Assembly: GCA_044892505.1 (NCBI GenBank)
Contig: CM097882.1
Coordinates: forward strand, 100,130,001-100,194,000
Length of the DNA stretch: 64,000 nucleotides
Origin: Schmidtea nova
Lineage: Eukaryota
Direction: 5' to 3'
Positions 26,219 to 35,200 of this stretch are shown here, piece by piece; position 1 is the stretch's first letter; each line of letters begins with the position of its first letter. A program made the translations under genes and the position numbers. A model generated the notes under the pieces. That model was not told the DNA's origin. It worked only from the letters and a program-made list of their open reading frames with translations, and searched no databases.

Positions 26219-26695
26219 CTATTCATCCTCGGTCATTTTTCCTCGATACGAAAATACCGAGCGGATCTGCAAATTTGTATGGATTCCTGTGTTATTGGAC
26301 GAGGCCTGCTGGAAACGGATTCTCTCAGCTTCTCGGAGGGGTCGGATGGCTGTATTGAACTTGAACCCCAATTCCTTGAAGGTAGAGGCTGGAATGAACC
26401 CCCAATAAATGACACATCTCGGGAATCCACCTTTGTCCAACATCATGATGAACCAGGCGGCGTGCCATGATTCGTATTCCTCGTCTGGAATGATTGGCCA
26501 ACTAGCGCATCCCCGGTACCATACGTGGTGCCGTGGATGGTCCCATACTGTAAATGGACAGGCGGTTTCGAGCTCTCGGCGCCATGCCCACATCTTTTGG
26601 TGAATTTGCTGTAAAATCTCGAACGGAGCCGGCTTTAATGGGCTAACTCGGGCTCGTTCTTGTCGTTTTTTGATAGTGTATCTATGCTTAGCCAT
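26219..26695 (-). CDS. LTR ORF-A, 158 aa, unknown (Trp/His-rich)
   Basis: ATG start, intact in both LTRs, disrupted homolog at ~2880-3350. Confidence 0.75.
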   Translation of the reverse strand: MAKHRYTIKKRQERARVSPLKPAPFEILQQIHQKMWAWRRELETACPFTVWDHPRHHVWYRGCASWPIIPDEEYESWHAAWFIMMLDKGGFPRCVIYWGFIPASTFKELGFKFNTAIRPLREAERIRFQQASSNNTGIHTNLQIRSVFSYRGKMTEDE

Positions 26696-27782
26696 GATTC
26701 CAAAACGATGCTGAATTTTATAATAGTTACAATTTACATCAATAATTAATCATAGTAAATGTTATCTCTCATCGTGATTCCTTTATTATTTGCCTTCCCC
26801 TTAGACCTTAGCTGAAATCAAGAAAAAACTGTTGTTTGTTACAGTATGCATTACTCTCGTGTCTACTTAGATTTATCTGTTTATGATCAATTTGATAGAC
26901 GAAAAATTGATGATTTGTCTGCTTGGATTTTCAAAATATTGGTACCTCAAAACGGAAACTCTCTCCCGTCATGTATCCCTAGTTTATTCGAAAAAACGCT
27001 CTTTTGTACCAAACGCGGTCGACAAAATTTTCCTAAGGTTTATTAGACGTTTATTAAACAGCGGCGCTATGGTGAGGGTGAAAAATTGTGCCTCCTCCCG
27101 GTTAACAACTTCTTTCATATCTTTAAGCTTTATCAAAAAATTCTCGTCCCCTCTGTAGCTAAAATGATCAGAAAATAATTTCCCGGATTTGTTGGGTGTC
27201 CCATGTGCAAGTCTCAACCACTACTAATAAAATTGTGCTTTACTATTTATTACTTTACCGTGTGTGGAGCCCTCGAGCACCACGCCACGGACGGACACCT
27301 TGGGAACCTAAAGCTCCCAACGGCGCAAAATTAATATGATCATTATATATTTTAATGTTGAGTCTAATCACAATAACGTTTAATTCATATAACAAATTTC
27401 AACACATGAATGCATAAACACATAAATAATTAGATCAATAGATAAATGACAAAGCAAATGACACAATCATGAATAAAATAATACAGAAACCAAAATACCT
27501 AATTCGTCTGGGTTTGCTTCGATCGGTTCGTCTAGAATTCAAAGTCTATTTGATTAGTGAGCTAAATTTTACACTCTCAACTGACGTTGTAAGATTAGGT
27601 ATTAAGTCTGTTTTATCCAAAGTCTGATCAGTATTTATACTGATCAGTCTGATCTAGACTGACCAATCGGATTTGGCCGATTTCATGGTGGGTTTTAATT
27701 ATTGTTTTTGATTCTAATTAATTTTTATTTTTTAGATTGTATTCTTCCTTGGAGGTCCGGGTTTCAAAAACAATTATTCAAT

Positions 27783-28188
27783 AACAAGTACTTTTATTTG
27801 GTTTTAATTATTATTATTTGTATTTTATTTGTTTTTAGATGTCTCCTGGGCCCGTTAATATCTATAAATTCATTTATTTTTATTTATAGCTTGTACTTAG
27901 TTATTCTATATTTTTACTATATTATTCCTTTCTTTTAATAAATAAATATTCCCCTTTTTACCTTATTTTTCTCTTTTTTGTTTTAAACAAGTACTTTTAT
28001 TTGGTTTTAATTATTATTATTTGTATTTTATTTGTTTTTAGATGTCTCCTGGGCCCGTTAATATCTATAAATTCATTTATTTTTATTTATAGCTTGTACT
28101 TAGTTATTCTATATTTTTACTATATTATTCCTTTCTTTTAATAAATAAATATTCCCCTTTTTACCTTATTTTTCTCTTTTTTGTTTTA
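27783..28188. repeat. 203-bp tandem duplication in the U3 end of the LTR
   Basis: aacaagtacttttatttgg...ttttgtttta occurs at 27783 and 27986; the same duplication is in the other LTR (53109-53514). Confidence 0.9.
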
Positions 28189-28440
28189 ATTAATCTACTT
28201 TTATTTCATTTTTTTCTCTATTTGGCTGGCCCAACATCACTCGGGGACCCCTAAAATTGCGTCCCGCAATTAATTATACATTTACACCTATATCATCATA
28301 CATAAAAATTAAGCAGATAAATGTCAATTTACATATACACAAAGAATCACGTAAGGTGATAGATTTTATACGTAAGCACAAAGTCATATTATTGTTAAAT
28401 GTAAGTGGATCATACATAAAGTGAATGTAATATATCAGTT

Positions 28441-29013
28441 TTACACAAGCTCTTTGATTTCATGATTGGTATTGGATTGGATTGGGGTTCTTTCGCTGAT
28501 TGTTCGTAGTTCGTAGTGGCTTTGGATTCGGTTTAGGTGTTTTCTCATTCGCTTTTGGGTTCTGATGTCTTGTATTGTTGTTCGGTTCAGGATGACATGT
28601 TTTTGTTTTAAGATCTTCACTCGGTATGATGTTATGAGGATTGTGATCGCGATAATGGTCACGCTGAGTGCAAGGATTATTATAATTGCGATGATCCATT
28701 TTTCTTGATATTCTATCTCTGCTTGGGCTAAGCTTTTCATGGGTTCTCGACCTTCTTTTAGGGTTTTTCTGATTGTTTTCAATTTGATTCGATGTTCATA
28801 TAGGACCTGTTGAAATTTTTCATCGTTTGGGTTGTCTGATGTTATCTGTTGAAGTTGGGTGATTTCTTGTGTTGCTTCGCTGATTAGTTTATCTAGTTCT
28901 TCATAGGTTTTCTCGGGTAGGGCTCGTAGCTCCTTCTCTGTGAGTTGAAGATCTTCTCTTTGTAGGGTGATTGTTATTAGGTATAGGAATATCGGTATTC
29001 TGAGCTTTTTCAT
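28441..29013 (-). CDS. Accessory ORF, 190 aa, predicted type I membrane protein
   Basis: Signal-like MKKLRIPIFLYLITITLQ, helical/coiled-coil ectodomain, TM WIIAIIIILALSVTIIAITILI, basic tail. Confidence 0.8.
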   Translation of the reverse strand: MKKLRIPIFLYLITITLQREDLQLTEKELRALPEKTYEELDKLISEATQEITQLQQITSDNPNDEKFQQVLYEHRIKLKTIRKTLKEGREPMKSLAQAEIEYQEKWIIAIIIILALSVTIIAITILITSYRVKILKQKHVILNRTTIQDIRTQKRMRKHLNRIQSHYELRTISERTPIQSNTNHEIKELV

Positions 29014-29095
29014 ACTGTTTTCTTTACAGGTAGGTCAATACAATTTGATACTACATTTCATACAATTATTTACAAAAATATATTTTCCGCTTTAT

Positions 29096-30157
29096 TTACA
29101 CAATCGTCTCGTTTGGTTCGTAGAAACCTTCGTCCTGAGGTTCTACCTGGTTCGTGGGGAGTGGTATCCAAACAACCCTGCTCCTCCACATTTCGACTTC
29201 ATCTCGATACATGTGAGATATCTGGATCTCCTCGTCCAGCAAATATTCTAGGTAATTTGCTTGTTCTGTTAATGTTTCTATTTGCTTCTCTAATTCGATT
29301 ACTTTTGTCTTTTGTTCGTCTTCTTTCATCATTTTTGTTACGGCTGCCGTTGTACTTGTTTCTTTGGGTATTGCTAGTACTGTTACTCGTTTCTGTTTCA
29401 ATTCTTCGTTTTCTTTCATCAAATTCGTTAAATTTTCCTCATAACTTTGCTTCGCTTCCTTTAACCTTTCTCTGGTTCTTTTTAGCTCTATTTTCTTCTG
29501 GGTAATCACTCCTTGATAACCATTTATATCTCTCTTCATCTCTTCTTCTTTCTGATTCCATATTCCGGTGAGCATAGATTTCAGTTGTTCTTGATTAGCT
29601 AGTTCTTCTCCCATTCTTTGAACTTGATAGGTTAGTCCTTTAATTTTCTTTGCTTGTTCGCGGATAAATTGCTGTCTTTTTGTATTCCATCTTTTATTTA
29701 ACACTTCCTGGTTGATTTTTTGCTCTAACTCGTCTTTTAGTTCATCGATCTCTTTATATAACTTCCAATCATCACTATAAGCTGTCCTTTCTATTATTTC
29801 TCTAGCTTTTTCGTAAGATTCTTTCGCTTCTTTCTTCCAGTATCTTGCTTGTTCTGTAATCGAATACATCTTGTGTTCAGCTTCCATCTGCTGTCTGTCT
29901 CTTTCCTCTCGTCGCTCTTTCATCATTCTCTGGTAATATTCCTTTTGTTGTTGTAGCATTTTGTATACTTCTTCTATTTTTTCTCGACTTCTTTGACTTG
30001 ATCTTTCCGCTTCTTTTAATAATTCGGCTTGTCTCTCTATCTCCTCTTGCTTTCCATAATATGCATTGACCCATATTTCAATCTGTTCTAGATGATCGCT
30101 AATCGCTTCTGCTTGATGCATCGTAATTTCCTGTAAGCATACTTCGATATTTCCCAT
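29096..30157 (-). CDS. Accessory ORF, 353 aa, long coiled-coil protein
   Basis: ATG start, E/K/Q-rich heptads throughout, no globular motif recognised. Confidence 0.8.
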   Translation of the reverse strand: MGNIEVCLQEITMHQAEAISDHLEQIEIWVNAYYGKQEEIERQAELLKEAERSSQRSREKIEEVYKMLQQQKEYYQRMMKERREERDRQQMEAEHKMYSITEQARYWKKEAKESYEKAREIIERTAYSDDWKLYKEIDELKDELEQKINQEVLNKRWNTKRQQFIREQAKKIKGLTYQVQRMGEELANQEQLKSMLTGIWNQKEEEMKRDINGYQGVITQKKIELKRTRERLKEAKQSYEENLTNLMKENEELKQKRVTVLAIPKETSTTAAVTKMMKEDEQKTKVIELEKQIETLTEQANYLEYLLDEEIQISHMYRDEVEMWRSRVVWIPLPTNQVEPQDEGFYEPNETIV

Positions 30158-30272
30158 TGCTATAATTTCAAAAAAAAATTTTTTAATCGGTTTATATATC
30201 AGTTATTTTTTGTTTATATAATAATTTTTGGGTATTTAACTGTACATATTATTTACACGATCACTTCTCTTG

Positions 30273-31655
30273 TTACGTCAACCATTCTTTTCTATCCGCT
30301 TTCTCATTCCTTTCCATTTCTATGTATAGGGTGTCTGCATATAATCGTTCCCATAGGCTTTCTTTCGTTATAAACATTGGTTCTCCCGCTGCTAATCCAC
30401 ATTCTGTGGTTGGTTTCTCGCTCGTACTCGCATGTTTCTCTGTCTCAAAGAATTTTTCTACTGGTTTTGTTACACTTCTGATTCTAATGATGACTCCTAC
30501 TTTCAAGGGCCATTCTACTAGGTCGTCGTATTCTCCTTTACATAGCGAGAAAAATATTGACACATGTGTTCCTCGTCCTCTTCCGTCTCCATTTGGGTAT
30601 AGCTTCAATCTCACTTTAGCTCCGTTTCTCCATAAATAAAATGGTGGGCTTATTACTGCTGTTTTCGTCATATTTCTGGCCTCTGTTAATTTGTTTCTAA
30701 AATCTGTCACTTTCCACACATATGGTGCGATTGGTAACTTTTCCTCGGTATCCTGGGTGAGTTTGTTGTACTGGATTTTCATTCCTTTAGCCAGTTCTTC
30801 GATAGCTTTTATCTTTTCCTCCATCTTTTCTCGTGTTAGTTCGAATTGCTCTCTGGTTTCCAACAGTAGGTTTACCATTATCTTGTGTGACTCTATTTCT
30901 CTTTCTAATTTTTTGATTGTTTGTTCGGTTTCTTTTGTTGCTTCGTTTGTCATTTCCGCATGCTTTAGTAATGCTTCCTCCAGATGTTGTTTCATGGTTT
31001 TTTGCGTTCTTTTCTCCATACATCCCTGTTTGTTATAAGGACATTCCCTTGGTTTCTCCGTGCACACTTTCCAATGTTCTTGTAATTTTACTTCTACCGT
31101 TATCTCGCATTCGTTTGAACATATTCCTACATATTGTCTACATACTTTCTCCTCTTTTATATTCAGGTGTTCTTCTTCGATCTTTCTCCTCGTTTCTCGA
31201 GTTCCACAATATTCGCATAGACTTTCCTCTTCTTTACATTCATCTTTGTGCTGCTCTTTATTCTTTATAGTTATTTTTTGTTGGCATTTGTTACATTCAG
31301 TTCTCTTCTCTTCGCAGTTCTCCAGATGGTTCTCGAGATCGCGTATTTGTCCTTGCCATATACATGGTTGATTTATACATTCGGTTTTCGTGTTCATGAT
31401 TTCTCTCTGAGTTGCTCTATCTGGTCCGGTTTCTTCGAATTTTATTTGACCTTCTTTGCATTCTGGACATTCTGGTGGTCTTTTCATACTTAACTCGTGT
31501 ATGCATTTGGTACATACTCTGCATCCGCATAGGGTTTGTCTTGGTTTCAATATTATGTTTTTACAATTTACACAAGTGAGTCTCAGACTCCATTTCCTGT
31601 TCTCGGCTCTCAAAATTTCGATTATCCGCTCTTCGGCTTTTCCTTCTGTATTCAT
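30273..31655 (-). CDS. TRAF: Full-length intronless TRAF (RING, TRAF zinc fingers, coiled coil, MATH/TRAF-C), 460 aa
   Basis: RING CVNC..CGCRVC..C..CPEC; fingers such as CINQPCIWQGQIRDLENHLENC; TRAF-C YVWKVTDF..SPPFY..YPNGDGRGRGTHVSIF..GEYDDLVEWP. Confidence 0.95.
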   Translation of the reverse strand: MNTEGKAEERIIEILRAENRKWSLRLTCVNCKNIILKPRQTLCGCRVCTKCIHELSMKRPPECPECKEGQIKFEETGPDRATQREIMNTKTECINQPCIWQGQIRDLENHLENCEEKRTECNKCQQKITIKNKEQHKDECKEEESLCEYCGTRETRRKIEEEHLNIKEEKVCRQYVGICSNECEITVEVKLQEHWKVCTEKPRECPYNKQGCMEKRTQKTMKQHLEEALLKHAEMTNEATKETEQTIKKLEREIESHKIMVNLLLETREQFELTREKMEEKIKAIEELAKGMKIQYNKLTQDTEEKLPIAPYVWKVTDFRNKLTEARNMTKTAVISPPFYLWRNGAKVRLKLYPNGDGRGRGTHVSIFFSLCKGEYDDLVEWPLKVGVIIRIRSVTKPVEKFFETEKHASTSEKPTTECGLAAGEPMFITKESLWERLYADTLYIEMERNEKADRKEWLT

Positions 31656-31745
31656 TCTACAATGATATATACACTTGATTTGTTATCTATTTTTTGATTT
31701 TTCTTGTTTTTGTTTTACATATTTACAATTTTTCGCTTTATTTAT

Positions 31746-32102
31746 CTACGGCTCGTTTGTTGAATCTGGTTCTGGGTCGTTTTCTGATCTGTTTATTGCC
31801 CAATTTGTCCATCCATCCTCTGCTTCTTCTGTCTCTCCCATTGTTAAACGGTCTATCTCTATTGCTTGTCTCTGATTTATGTCGCTCATCACTTGATTCT
31901 CTCTGGTAAGTTGCGTTATCAATCTCTGTTGCTCCTCGATTCTGTGGAGTTGTTCAAAACTATTATTATAACTTTCGGATAACAAATTCTGTTTCTCAAT
32001 TAACTGATTTTGTAGTGAGTTGATTGTTCGTATTAACATGTCACACTGGGCTTTCCATCGCATAGCCATAGTAGTTTCTGCTATTTCTTCCTGTTCGTTC
32101 AT
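31746..32102 (-). CDS. Accessory ORF, 118 aa, coiled coil with acidic tail
   Basis: ATG start, Q/E-rich heptads, collinear with the other accessory ORFs and set between AT-rich spacers. Confidence 0.7.
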   Translation of the reverse strand: MNEQEEIAETTMAMRWKAQCDMLIRTINSLQNQLIEKQNLLSESYNNSFEQLHRIEEQQRLITQLTRENQVMSDINQRQAIEIDRLTMGETEEAEDGWTNWAINRSENDPEPDSTNEP

Positions 32103-32227
32103 TTTCTAAATTATATACATTAATCGTTTTCTCGATTTCTCTTTTTATATTTTTATAATATCGATACCCATACTATTACGGTAATGCATTGTTATTTACA
32201 CTATTATTTACAGTCATATCCCGCCTC

Positions 32228-35200
32228 CTATATCACCATCACTGTCTCTCCTTCGTATCGCTCTTCATCTTCTATTTGTCTCCAAAATTCTTTGCCTTTC
32301 GTCCTCCTTTGAAATTCTTTCTGTACTTCTTCCGGTAATTCTATACTGTAGTTCATAATCTTTATATCTGGCCAATGTGTTATTGGTTTCTTGTTGAATA
32401 CATCATATATCCATATTATTAATAATACTGTTATTACTGGAATAGTTGCTGCTAGTATTCCCAGACCAATTAGTTCTCTAACTTGTTTGTTTACGTCCAT
32501 CTTCGTAATTTCACTCTGGTTAATCATTGGTCCGTATTGTCCCTTTAGTTTATTTAGTAGTTGTTCTCGTTCTTGTTGTTTTCTTTTAACTTCTTTAATT
32601 ACTTCTTCCGGCGTCCATCTTGCGTAAGGGTCTATTACTACTTGTTCCGCGTCCATTTGTTTCGTTGTCTGACTTATTTCTTTAAATTCGAGTTTTCTCA
32701 CTTTCCCTTTGGACGTTGAGTTTACCGGTGTGTAGTACGTTTCGCATCTTTCCTGCTGATTTCCTAATATGTCCGTCTTTTCTACCGCACATATCTCGTA
32801 TTCGCTATTGAATTTCAGATTTCTGATACTTATTTCCTCTTTTCCTTTCACGTTTCCACAGTCTCGTGGCTGTCTTTCCCTTTGTTTCTGAACTATTACC
32901 CAACATATTTCTAACGTTTTATTGTCTATTCTCCATAGTATAAGAGTTGCTGTAGTATTCTTTTCGGTTCTTATTTGTATTTCTTGGTTTTTCTGTTGTC
33001 CATTAGGTTTAAAAGTAGTGGTATACCTCGTTTTTCCTTTGTTCCGTTGTCTTCTGCTTTTTCGCGTTGTCTTTCCAATTCTTGTTCTGGTGGGTGTTTT
33101 ATATATTTTGCATTCCAGTTCATTTACTGTTATTTTGTCGCTCTTCCTGATCAGGCATATTTCGTACGTTTGATTACTTTCTAACCCTTCTATCTGTATT
33201 GTGGTTGTTCCTCTGTTTGTTCGACATTGCGGCGGTGTATTCTGGTTTGTTTTCTTTTCCTGCTTCTTCCAGCATACGCCTTTGACGTCCGGTTCCATTC
33301 CGGTTAACTCTAACATTATAGTTGTTCTCCGTTTGGTGCGTTTATTTCTTCTTCCTCGTCGTATGAACTTTATTGTTTCCCCAGGTTGAAATGTTTTACA
33401 AATTGTCGTTCCTTTCTTGTGTCTTTCTTTTTCTAGTAAACATAGTTCATACGTCCTGTCTGCTTTTACTTCTGATATCTTGGTTACTTTATTTGTTTTC
33501 CTTTTCCGACTCGTCTTTATTTCGCTTACGCCAATTTCTTCGTTGCTTCTGGCCCAACACTTTGGGTTGGTGTTTTGGGTGTCGTTCATCTCTGTTACTG
33601 CCATTGTGTCAATGTCTATCCCTTCTTCTAACCGTTTTAACATTGTTAATATGAGTGCTAAACATAGTAATTCTGCTTGGTAGGTCACTCTTTCAGTTTC
33701 ATTTGTGGTTACTCTTACTTCGGGCCTGTCTATGGTAATTTGTATAGTTGGCGTTGTTCGTCTGTCTATTGTCTGAGGTTTCTTGTTTTTTGTTCCTTGT
33801 GTCTCTGTTCTTCCACACTTTCCTACGACATAGTCTCCTTTGGATGACTGCTGTACTGTTATGGTTACTTTGGGTGTTAGGTAATTTGCACATGCAATTG
33901 TCTTATGTGATCTCGGATCCTTTGGTTTCCGAACGGTGCACATTCTGTACCAAGTATCTAGCTCTAAGTCATCGATCTCTATGATTTCTTGTTCATATTC
34001 TGAGATCCTGCAATCCATTGGACTATTTTGTCCCGATATTTTGTCCTTTTTTGACCAACATACTCGTTCGATTCCTTTTGCGTTTCCAATTTGTATTGTC
34101 GCTTTTTCTTCACATATCATTCCTTGAGTTGGACTAATTAAGGTCATGATTACCGTTAGTAATAATAGTTCTGGTTTAAAGAATGGGTTTATTGTTTGTT
34201 TGTAGCCTGTTCTTTTTACTTCGTTTTTATTTTTATAGTTGTTGTTTCTTTGTTTCCCAAATTCATTGTTCTTATCATTTTTCTCTGTGTCCCTTCCTTT
34301 CTCTTCACTGTCCTCTTTATCTGATAACTCATGATCCTCTGGATTTTCTCGAGTACTATCGTCGTCGTTTCCTGTATTGTCACCTCCCCTTTGGTCGTTG
34401 AAAATGTCGTCCTCGACATTAACTGCTTCTATCATTTTTTCATACGTTATGGTTGTGAGTATACTTGCTTCGTATTCTTGTGTTACTGCCTGCTTAGGTA
34501 TTTCCTTATCGGTTAATTTACAATCTAGAATCTCTTTCTTGGCTTTTATCCAATTATTAAGGTACGTTTTCATTAGTTCTTTCCATTTGTCCGTACGTTC
34601 TGTTTCCTTTGGGTTGTTTGTGAATCGTAAATCTTTTCTTCTCATGAAGATGTCTATTATCTTTGGCCATTTGTTTATTATTAATGCACACTTTATATAC
34701 AAATTTTGGCCTTGTTCCATGCACTCGTTGATCCTGAATGCTGGTTCATTGGTGTTTGGGTTCATCCAATTGAGTATTGCTTCAGTTAGTTCAGCGTTAT
34801 GCATCATGGAATGTACGCTAGCTTTTTTAACTGTCCTTGTAAGGTATTCTATTTCCTCCTGATTTGTGATTGTTTTTATGAAATTTATCACCTCCCAATT
34901 GTGCGCTAACAACGCTACGTCTAGTATTGAGCTGTCTTTGTTAGTTCTTCCCATGAGTCCTGCACCTGCTTCGTACAGTTCCTGTAACACTCGGGTTTTT
35001 GTGTTCGCTCTTGCTGCGAATATCATGAGGGTATCTCCCTTTTTATCTTTCATGTTCATGTCACTTCCGCAATCTTGCATCAACCGTGCAATTTCGACTA
35101 CCCTCCTATCTTTTCCTGCTCGTAAGGCTCTATGTATTGGCAATACTCCATTCTTTGTTAATAAGAAAGTCACTGGCATTTCTCTTTTTATGATCATCAT

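Larger units (their letters stand above)
24791..28236 (-). repeat. 3' LTR (3,446 bp)
   Basis: Runs tgctgggatt...ggcccaaca and is repeated at 50117-53562; all ORF-track translations in the two copies are identical. Confidence 0.97.

Noticed and set aside
26984-27217. 77-aa third LTR ORF (also 52310-52543)
   Set aside because: It starts at TTG just after stops, has no convincing homolog in the diverged LTR and no motif.
29096-30157. SMC or myosin identity for the 353-aa ORF
   Set aside because: Only generic coiled-coil composition; no Walker motifs or head domain.
32340-32400. Cytokine-receptor box1 motif in the polyprotein tail (KKPITHWPDI)
   Set aside because: It lacks the PxxP/PxP prolines of a true box1; the similarity is too short to call.
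33630-33680. Extra TM segment ELLCLALILTML inside the FN3 region
   Set aside because: Only ~12 hydrophobic residues and it may be a repeat beta-strand; left unresolved and not used in the topology model.
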